Shown: one piece after another, positions 52,582 to 64,000 of the stretch
Layout: every line of letters begins with the position of its first letter
Numbering within the stretch: position 1 is the first letter of the stretch
From: Malacoraja senta
Lineage: Eukaryota
Reading direction: 5' to 3'
Assembly (NCBI GenBank): GCA_038087875.1
Contig: CM075989.1
Location: 744,001 to 808,000 of the forward strand
Length of the DNA: 64,000 bases
The notes under the pieces: generated by a model
Told to the model about the DNA's origin: nothing
The model's input: only the letters and a program-made list of their open reading frames with translations
The model's database searches: none
Position numbers and translations under genes: made by a program

Positions 52582-53567
52582 ATATTTCAGACATGAAACG
52601 TCACCTATCCATATTCTTCTGGGATGCTACTGGACCAGTAACTAAGTTACCCCAGCACTTTGTCCCGTTTATTTAATTAATTATAGCAGTTGAGTCATTG
52701 TGTTACTTCTGTAAAATCCATTGGTATGGCCACAATTTGAGTACTCCGTACAGTCTGGTCACCCTGCTTAGAGGAAGGAAACTTAAAAAGGTACAAAAAA
52801 TGTATGAGCTGTTTATCTGGTCTGCAGGGTTTGAGCTGGGTATTATTTTCTGGAGGGCACACGAGATAGAGAGTGGGTAGGGGTGTATTATTGAAATTTG
52901 GAGAATTCTATTTTCATCTCTTTTGGTGTAAGCTACCCAAGCGAAATATGAGGTGTTGTTCCTCAGTTTGCATAAGCTGCCCAAGCGGAATAGTGTAGCC
53001 TGAAAGTCTGATGGTGAAGAATGCTGTTGGTAAGTTTGGCTTCATCGGTCAAGGATTAAGCATTTGATCGGATATGTTGTTGGTAAGACGACACGTGGAA
53101 TGTTGTGTGGGTTTGATTACCAGCTATTAGATGTCATTATATTGGAAAGAAGGCAGACAAAAATCATGACAGGTGGGCATGAATTTATATTGCGAGGGTG
53201 GGTAAACTGGGACATTTTAGCCTGAGCATCAGAGGTAATCTTACGGTTGTATATAACATCATGAGGGGTGTGTATATGGCATCGGTATTAGTATTAATTA
53301 ATTATTGCCACGCTATTATTATTTCATGTTGTTAAACTGGAAAGAGTGCATATTAGATTGACGAAGATGTTGCTCGTACTTGAGGGCCTGCGCTATAGGG
53401 AGAGGTTGGGCAGGCTATGACCTTATTGCTTGGAGCGCAGGAGGCTGAAGGGTAATCTTATGGAGGTGTATCAGATCATGAGAGGATTAGATCGGATGAA
53501 TGCACAGAGTCTTTCACCCAGTGTAGGGGAATCAAGTACCAGAGGAACACACAGAGTTCTGGAGTAA

Positions 53568-54268
53568 AGGGCCTGTCCCACTTGGGCGTCATTTGCACCT
53601 CATTTACGCATCGTGTAGAAAATTGGTCGACGCATCGTGACGCGTGGGGGGCACGTGGGTGACGCGCGCATAGCGCATGGTGAGGCGTGGAGTCGCATGT
53701 AGTGGCGGGCGGTATTTCGCGGTGCTCCCGGATTTTGTAGTGTAGCGAAATCCTCGCGCGCCACCTGCATGACGTACCGCTTACGCACACTGATGCATTG
53801 GCTATGCACGCTGATGCATTGGCGTCGCACGCTGGTTTCCTGACATCGCACGTGTATCGCGTGGTGACATTACCGTGCGTCAACGTCCGTAATCATGCGG
53901 AGCCGTGAGCCACCCATACGCAGTCAGCCCGCCTTTTACGCGTCATGTAACCTCTAACCTCATCCACACAGACCTCCTCCTGGGTTTCTTGCTAGCCTTT
54001 CTTGTTGTACTCCTGCCTGGCTGATCTGTCAGTATGAGGGCTGCTGCTAACAGAAGTCTCTGTTCTAGCTGTAACAATAAAATCTGTAGTTATTCCATGA
54101 TGGTCATGATGCAGAATAGGGAAGCAGGATATTCTAATGACGTCTTGAGCACCAGACGACTGTGCTGATGCATGATGATGCGTGATTTGCGCGCGACCTT
54201 CGCGTGTCAGTCACTACCGGCCTGTTGCGTAAATGACGCGCAAATGATGACAAAGCGGGATAGGCCCT
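53568..54268. mobile_element. PIF/Harbinger MITE in a Penelope pseudo-LTR
   Basis: AGGGCCTGTCCCACTTG...AAAGCGGGATAGGCCCT; TAA and TTA flanks; host GGAG-TAA-CTCAGC rejoins. Confidence 0.85.
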
Positions 54269-54514
54269 TTACTCAGCAGGTCAGGCTGCATCTCTGGATA
54301 ACATGGACAGGACTCTTCTCCACTGACTGTATGGGGGTGGGGGGAGGTGGAAGAGTGGAGGGGCAGGACAAAGCCTAGCAGGCAATATACTGCCACAGGT
54401 AAGGTGGGTTTGTTGATAGGCATATGATTGGACAGATGGGAGAGGTAAAAAGATAGGTGTGAGACAAAAGGATTGAAGAATTGCGAATTGTGAAGCTAGA
54501 GTAAAGGAATTTAG

Positions 54515-55566
54515 TAGCAATGTTACAAAATTTTGAGATTTTAAAAATCAAGTATTTAATTTATCCCATCAGATAAAGCATAAAAAGACGTTTAATTTGA
54601 CACCTAATTCACTTTCATATCCTCAGTATTAAAAAAGTTATGGCCATTTTCATACTCGGAAATTAGCATCTTGTTCCCTATTGCTTTTCCATTGACTTAA
54701 CACAAAAGCTGTGATCAAGGACAGTCAAAAGCCCATAACTTTCTTAAAAATTAAGAGAACTGAAATAAATTTTCAGTTATTATAGATTGAAGCATTCTGA
54801 AACAAATATGAAACAATCTTACTTAGATGACATGAAATTAAAGCATATAATTAGTTAGTTACCTAATTGTAGCTAATTACAACATTCAATTACTAGATCT
54901 AAACATCTATCAATTTCTTAAGAATAGATTAACATTTTTAAATAGCCTAAGTGTCCAAATAACATTCACACAAGAATTCACAATATAACATAGTTTTTAA
55001 ATCTCATTGTCATGGATTCCATTTATAGGCCAAATGGAAGGAATTTAATGTTTAATACCTGTAAATTAATGGGCATTTAAATCATCTTGTGAGTGGGTTT
55101 TTCTCGATCGCGATCAATTGGAACGTTGCATTTGCGGTGAATTTAACCCCGTATCGGCACGAAAAATACTGCCGGTTTGTTCGGGGACAAAAATCACCGT
55201 TTCGCAAATTAAAATGTGAATTAAAGGCCTCTTAAGAAGCACTTTTATACATAAAATAAACTGCTTTTGTTTACCTGTCCCGTGTGTAAAATCCGTCCCC
55301 GTTGTCGGCGTTGACGGCTTTAGAAGCTGATTTTAAAATAATTCCAGCGCTGAAATTGTCGGGCGAATAAAAATTAAAAATACACAAAACGCCCGTCGGA
55401 ACGATTCTTCAGCAAAAGCTTGCACTCCAACGAAATATAATTCAGGACAAGGAAGGAGAAACCTGCGTTTTAACACCGCCCCCCCCCCCTCAAAGGCGCC
55501 AAAATCGCGCACATGGCCAGTGGCAGAATTGCAGCGCCGCTGCAGGTAAGTATTGTAACATACCTA
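54515..55566. mobile_element. Non-autonomous DNA element with TAG...CTA ends and 7-bp TSD
   Basis: TAGCAATGTTACAA and TTGTAACATACCTA; AATTTAG at 54508-54514 and 55567-55573. Confidence 0.8.
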
Positions 55567-56358
55567 AATTTAGGTGGAAGGCACAGAAAGTTCAGAATTG
55601 GAATGGGAAGAGGAGAAAAAATGGATAGCAACCATAAGATCCCACGAGACTAAGCGTAAATGTTTCTATTTTTGCAGGGCAACAATGTTAAGAATTATCA
55701 TAGAGGATATTTTGTCATCTATACTTACTGATTGTGGTCTATGGGTTAGGAATTACAGGATCTTTTTGTGAATTGGGTCCTAACTACGGGAGTTTGGAGA
55801 AGTAAATGGAACGTATATGTTGAGGGCAAATCGTGATCAATAATTCATTGTCTGTGGTCATAGTCTTTTGCCATGGAGTGGATTCTTAGAGAAGAGGATA
55901 CATGTTTAATGTCAAGGGTGGGCGTTGGGGATATAAAAAGGACACCAAGGGGTCATAGAAACATAGAAACATAGAAAATAGGTGCAGGAGGAGGCCATTC
56001 GGCCATTCGGCCCTTCGAGCCAGCACCGCCATTCATTGTGATCATGGCTGATCTAAGCCCTATCAATAACCCATGCCTGCCTTCTCCCATATCCCTTGAC
56101 TCCACTAGCCCCTAGAGCTCTCTCTAACTCTCTCTTAAATCCTCGAAATATTGGTCAAAATATTGAATGGGCTACTTTAGGAAGCTATAGAAGAGGGTTG
56201 AATTTCAAGGTGCAGAAAACATTTTGACAGTTGCATGGATTGTATGGTTTAGAGCGATATGGGTCAACCGCAGCCGAATGAGACAGGGTTAGATTGATAA
56301 CGTGCAGGGCATGAAGGAGATGGGTTAAAGAGCTTGTTTCCATGCTGTGTAACTCTAT

Positions 56359-56970
56359 AAGGCCTGTCCCATTTAGGCAAGTTTTCAGGCGACTACAGGC
56401 GACTAGGCTGTCACCACATGGTGTCGCCTGTATGGTCGTGCGTAGTTTTGTCAGTCGCCCAAAGAGTCGTAGCGTTTTTCTGGTCACCGCTGGATTTTGA
56501 AATGTTCAACATTTTTCGGCGACAGTCAGCGACAGTGGGCTTGATAACAATGAGCGTTGCTTGAATTCTCCTAACGTAGGTGCTGTCGCAGGTTGTCGCC
56601 AGGATGACGTGGGTTGTCATCAGGTGCCGTAGATTGTTGCCGGTGCTGACTTTGGTGAATTCCATTGGCGACTACCAACGTTAACCTACGTCAACCGGTG
56701 ACAGGTACCGGCGCCTGAATTGTCTTAAGTTGTCTTCAGTTGTCGTAGCTTGTCGTGGGTGGACGTAGGTTGTCGTACGTGCAGTCGTTGGTGGACGCCC
56801 TAACGGGTCGCCGGTTGTCACTAGCTTGCCGTAGCTTGATGTCAACTAGGTGGTAGGTTGTTGTAGCTTGTCGTAGACATTGTCATAGGGGGGGTCCAGT
56901 TGCCGGTTTTTCCATGACCTGCTACGACTATGACAGTCGACGAAAAAATTGCCTAAGTGGGATAGGCCCT
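56359..56970. mobile_element. PIF/Harbinger MITE just downstream of GPCR copy 2
   Basis: AAGGCCTGTCCCATTTAGGCAA...TTGCCTAAGTGGGATAGGCCCT; absent from the paralogous site at ~34285. Confidence 0.85.
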
Positions 56971-57019
56971 TTAGGCGTCTTTGATAATTTGCCAAGGATA
57001 GACAACAATTGATTACTGT

Positions 57020-57908
57020 TCACGACTTTACTATTTTAACGATCATATTTAGTGGGTATTGCAACCCACTCTTGAACTCCTGTCTGAACCTCCTTTGGGT
57101 CACTCCATAGATACAAGTGTTGATGCAGCAACTCAGCAGTAGCAACATGTTGCCACTTTCCTGGAGAACAGCGGCGGATACAAATTTACCGTTTGTAAAT
57201 TGGACATAGAAGATATTTACAACATAGGTTGCCCACAACAGGATAGAACTTCCTGAGATAGCAAATAGTAAAATGATGGACATCTTCCGACTCTCCATTT
57301 CTGGGTCTTTCTGATTCTCTCCTTTGCCCCAGACCTGCAATCTCTTGCGGACTCTGTTTGAAGCCAGAATGTGTCGAACAGTCTGAACGTTTAGCAACAA
57401 CATCAGAAGGAAGGGGACACATGGGTTTAACATACGGCCAATCCAAGCAATGCTATCCATGAAGAATTGGAATAAAAACTTAACTTAATATTACAGAACC
57501 ATTGGACATCATTAACGATATATAAAGGCTCGTGTACAAAGTACCAGGGAATGTTTCTGACAGAACTCACAATACAAACTGTGAAGATAACAATCGCCCC
57601 CATTTTCTCAGTACAGTAGCTTGTTTTCAGCCTCTGGCAGCAGATGGCTACAAACCGATTGAAGGTGAATGCAACTGTCAGCCAGACTGAGATGTCCCTG
57701 AGAGCAAAGATAAGAGTTATTCTGAAGCTACAGGATGGAGTGGTGTAGAGGAAGAAGACAGGGAAATAAATGATACTAATCCTGTTTAGTATCACTGCTG
57801 TGACAAGGACAAGTGTATCTGCCATCGCCATGCTCATCAGGTACCAAGTGATACATCTCGACAGTCCGCATCTTCCCCGAGCCAGGATCACCATTGTCAC
57901 CAAGTTAC
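57020..57908 (-). pseudogene. GPR139-like GPCR copy 2, exon 2, 1-bp frameshift before TM5
   Basis: ~97% identical to copy 1 by eye; GCAATGC at 57447-57453 vs GCAAATGC at 34851-34858; 889 vs 890 nt. Confidence 0.85.
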
Positions 57909-57928
57909 CTCATTTAAAAAGAAACAAG

Positions 57929-60900
57929 TCAAGTCAAGTCAAGTCACATTTATTTATATAGCACATTTAAAAAACAACTCTCGTTGGCCAAAGTGCTTTA
58001 CATTTGTTATAAGAATAGCATAAACAAAAACTACATACATATATACATGTAGCCCTCACTCAGAGGACGTCAGGAAAGACTTGGGAGTATAGATAAGTTT
58101 TTAGTCTTGACTTAAAAGGGTCGATGGAGGGGGCAGTTCTGATGGGAAAGGGGATGCTGTTCCACAGTCTAGGGGCTGCAACCGCAAAGGCGCGGTCGCC
58201 CCTGAGCTTATGCCTAGACCGTGAGATATTCAGCAACCTCAAGTCGGCCGATCTGAGGGGCCTGGAGGTGGAGTGGTGGGTGAGAAGACTTTTTATGTAG
58301 GAGGGGGAAAGCCCATTGAGGGCTTTGTAGACATGGAGGAGGATCTTGAAGTTTATACGGAACCGCACAGGGAGCCAGTGGAGAGAGGCCAGGATCGGGG
58401 TGATGTGGTCCCTTTTTCGGGTGCGGCGTTTTGGACCAGTTGCAGGCTGGACAGGGAAGATTGGCTGATGCCAGTGTAAAGGGAGTTGCAGTAATCTAGG
58501 CGGGAGGAGATGAATGTGTGGATGATCTTTTCGTGGTCATCAAACTGGAGGAATTGTTTTATTTTAGCTATTGTCCGAAGCTGAAAGAAGCTAGCTTTTA
58601 CCACGGCATTGACTTGTTTGTCAAATTTCAGTGCTGAGTCAAATATCACGCCAAGGTTTTTGGCGTGAGGTTTGAGTAGTGGGGTAAGGCTTCCAAGGCT
58701 GCCTGTTATCATTTTGATTGAGTCCGAGGGGCCGAGAAGGATGACCTCAGACTTAAAGGGCTGTCTCACTGTGCGAGTTGACCCACGAGTGACCCCGAGT
58801 TTAAAACAAATTTAACTCGTGGTAATCACGTACAATTAACGTAGCGGGAACGTCGGAACTCGTGGACGCAACTTAGCGACTCTTGGCGCTAACGGGAGGT
58901 ACCCGTGAAACTTGTTAACTCTTGCAAAAGTTCAAACATGTTTGTACTTTTCCACGAGTAAAATGTACTCTTGTGGTTAAAATTTGAAACATTTTAAACT
59001 CGTTGTAAGAACGTAGTGGCCCGTGCGTTTAACTTTGTGACTCGTGATTCTACCGTGGGAACTCTTTTTAGAAACAATAATGAGGGACAGAAATATCAGT
59101 TACTTAGACTTTTTAAAGACAAATTCTGCTTAACAAAGTTAAGCAAGTTATTGATAAGGTGACAGTGGGTTGAAAAGAAAAAATTGCTTGAAGTTTATAT
59201 ATAAATTTGTGTTGTGTTGTGTTGAAAAGCTTTTTGCTGATCCGTTTGATTCTCACTGTTTGTTTACTTCATTGCACAATAAAAGAGAGTTCTTTGCTAT
59301 CAAGATCAAATTGATGTCTGGAAGTCTTCATTTTAATATCACTACAAAGGCTCATGACTTGAATGTAATATTCCTTTCATCATAAAACACAAAATAGAGG
59401 ATGGCAAAATATATTCACATCTTGATTCTCACAATCATTTGTGAGATTTAAGGATTCAGCTGCCTCATATGCTGCTTTTTAAATGTTTAAAATTGTCACC
59501 TCTCAGTAGATCAGAAAATAAGACAAAGTCTTATGTGAAACAAATGTCTTGAATGTGAAACAAAGTCTTTATTCTTGTTCAATATAAAAAACGCTTTTTT
59601 GCGCATATTGAGAAATATGCGTAATTTCCTGCAAACCCATATCACGCTGAAGCACCACAGCAAACAACACAGTGGTCTGAAAAAGGGCTTCTCATACATG
59701 AAAATCAACAAATGAAGCACAAATAAAAGTATTTCCACTATATACTAATTCAGCTGAGAAATGCACTAGTCTAAATTCAGGCAATAAAAGATACAATGCA
59801 ATGCGCTAAATGACAAGTTTTGAGATCTACAATCAGATAAGCAGATGCATGATAACCACGTTTTAAAGGAAAGATAGATGCAATGAAATTACTTTTACAC
59901 CACAATAAAAAATAAAATCCAGCACTTAAAGTTAAACAATGAAAAGTCAGCAGGATTTAAACTAAACATGAAATTAACTGGATTTTTCTGCATGTGGGCT
60001 CTCCTCATGCAGTGATGTACCTGTGGTCGGCAGCCGCTCAAAATAAGCTGTCCTGCCACGGCACACTGCCCAATTCTGAATTATAGTAGGAGCAGAGATG
60101 GTCTCTCTGCTCTTTTGCACTGTTGGTCCCCGTGTTACCTCGAAAACACTGCAGTGGCACTAAAGTCTCGTCGTTTGTACCACTCCTCCACGCACCTAGT
60201 GTTATTCTCCCTGTTTGACTGTCCACTAGGTCACCGTGCTGCATGGCTGTCGCTGATCCTGAAGCTGCACCTCTGATACGGATCAGGTTGTGCAGAACAC
60301 ATGCAGCAAACACAATAGTCTCTACGTTCTTTGGCTGGCATGACATCATTTTTTTAACGTGTGATGATTTTTCAACACTTCGATATACATTGTTGCCTCA
60401 AGATTAACGGGAGAGGAACTTGGTACACTCGGGAGACGAACTTGGAACATCGCAGAAATGAGAAGTAAACGGCAAACTTAGACATACCCGTGGGAACTCG
60501 GTTAAACTCTGGATCATAAACTTGTAGTCTCGTACGCAACCACGAGTCTTTCACTCGAGGTCACTCGTGGGTCAACTCGCACAGTGAGACAGACCTTTTA
60601 CTCTCGTTTAGTTGGAGGAAGTTCTGGGCCATCCAAAACTTTATATCCTCGAGGCAGTGGGTAAGGTTAAGCAGATTTGGTTTTTGGGCTTCAGAGGGAG
60701 ATGGAGTTGTGTATCGTCTGCGTAGCAATGGAAGGAAATGTCGTGCCTTTCAATGACTCGGCCTAAGGGGAGCATATACAGGGAGAAGAGAATGGGGCCA
60801 AGGATGGAACCTTGTGGAACCCCACAGCACAGATTAGCTGGGGGAGGAGAAAGAGTTGCCTATGTTAGTCGAGAAACCCCTTCCTTTGAGGTAGGAGATG

Positions 60901-61803
60901 AATCAGCTCAGGGCAGTGCCATCAATACCAACCCCATACCGGAGACAGTCAATTAGGATGGTATGGTCGACAGTATCAAATGCTGCGCTGAGGTCAAGAA
61001 GGAGTAGAATTGCACAGTCGTCGGAGTCAACAGTGAGCAGTAGGTCATTGTGTACCTTCAACAAGGCAGACTCTGTGCGATGGTGAGCCCTGAAACCTGA
61101 TTGGAACGTTTCCAAGATAGTGTTTTGGTGAAGGTAAGGTATAAGTTGACTTAAAATTACCTTTTCAAGGGCTTTTGAGAGAAAGGCAGTTTAGAAATGG
61201 GTCTGTAGTTGCTTGCCAAGGTGCGGTCGAGGTTGGGTTTTTTCAGGAGTGGCTGGACCACCGCATGCTTGAAGCAGGTAGGTACAGTGCCAGTGGCCAG
61301 AGAGCTGTTGAAGATGGCGAGGATGCTGGGACCAGCTGTTGTAATGACGTCCTTTAGGAGGGCAGAGGGGACCGTGTCGAGGGGGCAGGTAGTAGGTTTC
61401 ATGGTGGTGATCGGTTTTACATGGGAGGGTAGAGTAACGGGTTGGAAACTGTCTAATTTTGAAGAGCAGACCAATGAGACAGCCAGGTCACGGGTGGGAG
61501 GGGAAATATTCGTTCTTATGTTCTTTACCTTGCTGGTGAAAAATGTGGTAAATTCTTCGCACTTAGCAGGGGACCCAGTTAGGCTGGTGCTGGAGGCAGG
61601 ACAAATGATGGAGGTGATGTTGCTAAAAAGGACCTTGGAATTTTGTGCGTTTTTGGAGATAAGGGTGGAAAATTATTTAGTTCTTGCAGATTTTACTGCT
61701 TCCTGGTATTTGTGAAGATTATTTTTCAGGAGTTCAAAGGAAATTTGAAGCTTATCAGATTTGTACTTCGTTCTGATTTTCTGCATTCTCTTCTTAGGGC
61801 TCT
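57929..61803 (-). mobile_element. L2 LINE, 5'-truncated, inserted next to the GPCR copy 2 splice acceptor
   Basis: NYRPISKLPF, QSGFR, LDLSAAFDTVDH, SRLDYCNSL, GDRAFAVAAPRLWN; (GACTT)n tail; AACAAG at 57923-57928 and 61804-61809. Confidence 0.92.
58756..60597 (-). mobile_element. Internally deleted Harbinger transposon with transposase C-terminal remnant (60038-60349)
   Basis: ~45-bp TIRs; TTA at 58753-58755 and 60598-60600; AACVLHN...RDHLCSYYN...GSVPWQ. Confidence 0.9.
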
Positions 61804-61822
61804 AACAAGCAAGGAATAAATT

Positions 61823-62876
61823 CAATAGACAATATACAATAGGTGCAGGAGTAGGCCATTCGAACCTTCGATCTGTGATCACATTGATCATGGCTGATCA
61901 TCCACATTCATTATCCCATTCCTGCCTTCTCACCATATCCCCTGACTCCGCTATCTTTAAGAGCTCAACCTAACTCTCTCTTGAAAGCATCCAGAGAATT
62001 GGCCTCTACTGTCTTCTGAGGCAGAGAATTCCACAGATTCACAACTCTCTGGATGAAAAAGTTTTCCCTCATCTCTGTTCTATATGGCCTACCCCTAATC
62101 TTAAACTGTGACCCCTAGTTCTGGTCTCCCCCAACATCAGGAACATGTTTCCTGCCTCTAGCGTGTCCAATCCCTTAATAATCTTACATGTTTCAATTGG
62201 ATACCCTCTCATCCTTCTAAATTCCAGAGTATACAAGCCCAGTCGCTACATTCTTTCAACATATGACAGTCATAGAAACATAGAAACATAGAAAATAGGT
62301 GCAGGAGGAGGCCATTTGGCCCATCGAACCAGCACCGCCATTCATTGTGATCATGGCTGATCGTCCCCAATCAATAACCCGTGCCCGCCTTCTCACGAAT
62401 TAACCTTGTGAACCTACGCTGCACCCCCTCAATAGCAAGAATGTCCTCCTCAAATCTGGCGACCAAAACTGCACACAATTCTCCAGGTGTGGTCTCACTA
62501 GGGCCCTGTACAACTGCAGAAGGACCTCTTTGCTCCTCCACTCAACTCCTCTTGTTATGAAGGTCAACATACCATTAGCTTTCTTCACTGCGTGCTGTAC
62601 CTGCATGCTTAATTTCAGTGACTGATGAACAAGGACACCCATATCTTGTGTACTTCCCCTTTTCCTAACTTGACACCATTCAGATAATAATCTGCCTTCC
62701 TGTTCTTGCCACCAAAGTGGATAACCTTACATTTTCCATATTAAACTGCATCTGCCATGCATCAGCCCACTCACCCAACCTGTCCAAGTCACCCTGCATC
62801 CTCATAGCATCCTCCTCACAGTACACACTGCCACCCAGCTTTGTGTCATCTGCAAATTTGCTACTGTTACCTTTAA
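61823..62876 (-). mobile_element. CR1 3' fragment with a nested CR1 tail (62271-62395)
   Basis: FADD and LVRPHLE motifs; two tail types. Confidence 0.88.
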
Positions 62877-63115
62877 TGAGCCTGCAAATATTGTTATCAT
62901 CGTATAGAATGGCCCACATAAGGAATCACTGGTCCCAATCAGTAGGAACAGTTCTAACATGTACATTCTGCAATAATCATACTCTAGTTCAATAATGTTG
63001 AAAATATGCCTCCTTTGGGAACAGAATCGATGTATTCAGTCATAACGTATAGAGAGAGAGCAAAGCAGCAGTTCAAATTGGTCTACACTGTTGATCATTA
63101 GTACCAGACACTTAC

Positions 63116-63185
63116 CTGGAACCCCCAAAGCTGCTAGAAGTAGATAATAAATTCCATACACTTGGCCGTTCACTTGTCTGTGCAT
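63116..63185 (-). CDS. GPR139-like GPCR copy 2, exon 1 (MHRQVNGQVYGIYYLLLAALGVP)
   Basis: ATG, 70 nt, CCAG|GTAAGT donor; 62/70 identical to copy 1 exon 1; downstream exon is frameshifted. Confidence 0.82.
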
Positions 63186-63244
63186 TTTCTTTCACAATGC
63201 ATATGTGTTCTTGATCTGCAACCAACCTCCTGACAGTGCTGAAT

Positions 63245-63360
63245 GTTCAAATATATAATTGTTCAAAGCCCCGGGAGAGACAATTAGATTACATCATCCA
63301 TGAAGCAAACTGATTGGATGACATCACCATTTGTGTCAGTTACACTCATTAAAAGGAAGA
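63245..63360 (-). promoter_or_regulatory. Proximal promoter of GPCR copy 2, same motif set as copy 1
   Basis: TATATA ~63252; CCCCGGGAGA 63269-63278; CAATTAG 63281-63287; ATTGG; TGACATCA; CTCATTAAAAG 63345-63355. Confidence 0.65.
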
Positions 63361-63439
63361 AATTAAATCGCCTGCTGTCTGTGTGTTTATCTTTGTCTGT
63401 AGTACTACATAGAATAAAATAGAAGACTAAGGCACAAGA

Positions 63440-64000
63440 TTCCCTTGAAAAAGTAGAGATGGTCAAAAACTTCAAATTGATGGTCAAAAACAAAAACTTC
63501 AAATTCCTAAGAGTCAACATCTCCTGGACCACCCATATTGAAGCAATGAGCTAGAAGGGACACCAACGCCTCTACTTCCTCAGAAGGCGAAGGAAGTTTG
63601 GAATGTCTCCAACTCTCAACAATTTCTACAGATGCACCATAGAAAGCATCCAGGACCGCAAGAAATTGCAATGAATTCTGGACGCAGCCCAGGCCATCAC
63701 AGAGGGATCTAGGAGTGCAGGTGCATGGTTTCTTGAAGGTGGTCGCAGCTAGATAGGCTGGTCAAAAAGGCTGTTGGCACATTGGCTTTCATCAGTCAGA
63801 GTATTGAGTATAAAAGTTGAGAAATCATGTTGGTGAGGCCACATTTAGAGTATAGTGTTTAGTTCTGGGCACCATGTTATAGGAAAGATGTTATCAAGCT
63901 GGAAAGGGTGCAAAGAGAAGATTTACGAGAATGTTGCCAGGAATTGGGACTGAGTTATAGCGCCAGGTTGAATAGGTTGGGACTCTATTCCTTGGAGCGC
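63440..64000 (+). mobile_element. Rex1-type LINE fragment (~63440-63700) followed by a CR1 fragment
   Basis: QRLYFLRR.RKFG and FYRCTIES motifs; then VRPHLEY-like CR1 sequence. Confidence 0.7.

Noticed and set aside
60038..60349. Domesticated HARBI1 gene
   Set aside because: Only a C-terminal fragment, bounded by TIRs and a TTA TSD inside an L2.

Overview
Repeat-dominated vertebrate genomic DNA, not prokaryotic. The repeat families and the gene family point to a cartilaginous fish, probably a skate or ray (inference). The only host genes are two tandem, minus-strand, two-exon class A GPCRs of the 'GPR139-like' type: an intact 319-aa copy (exons 41262-41331 and 34424-35313) and a copy with a 1-bp frameshift (exons 63116-63185 and 57020-57908). 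A third, decayed receptor fragment lies in the first copy's intron. Both promoters carry a TATA box, a CCAAT box, an O/E (Ebf)-like site abutting a homeodomain site, and a CTTTTAATGAG extended homeodomain motif. This is the motif set of vertebrate olfactory-receptor promoters and enhancers, so the best 'new system' candidate is an unrecognised chemosensory-type receptor family (hypothesis). The rest is nested transposons. A DIRS1-like tyrosine-recombinase retrotransposon (5847-22770) with readable ITR/ICR ends splits a 48-bp minisatellite and contains a full-length L1, which in turn contains CR1s. Also present are a non-autonomous Helitron, several PIF/Harbinger elements, DNA elements with 5-bp and 7-bp TSDs, L2/Crack/Rex1-type LINEs, SINEs, a Gypsy remnant and Penelope pieces with a hammerhead-ribozyme core. 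TE boundaries without a stated TSD are approximate, and all alignments were done by eye.
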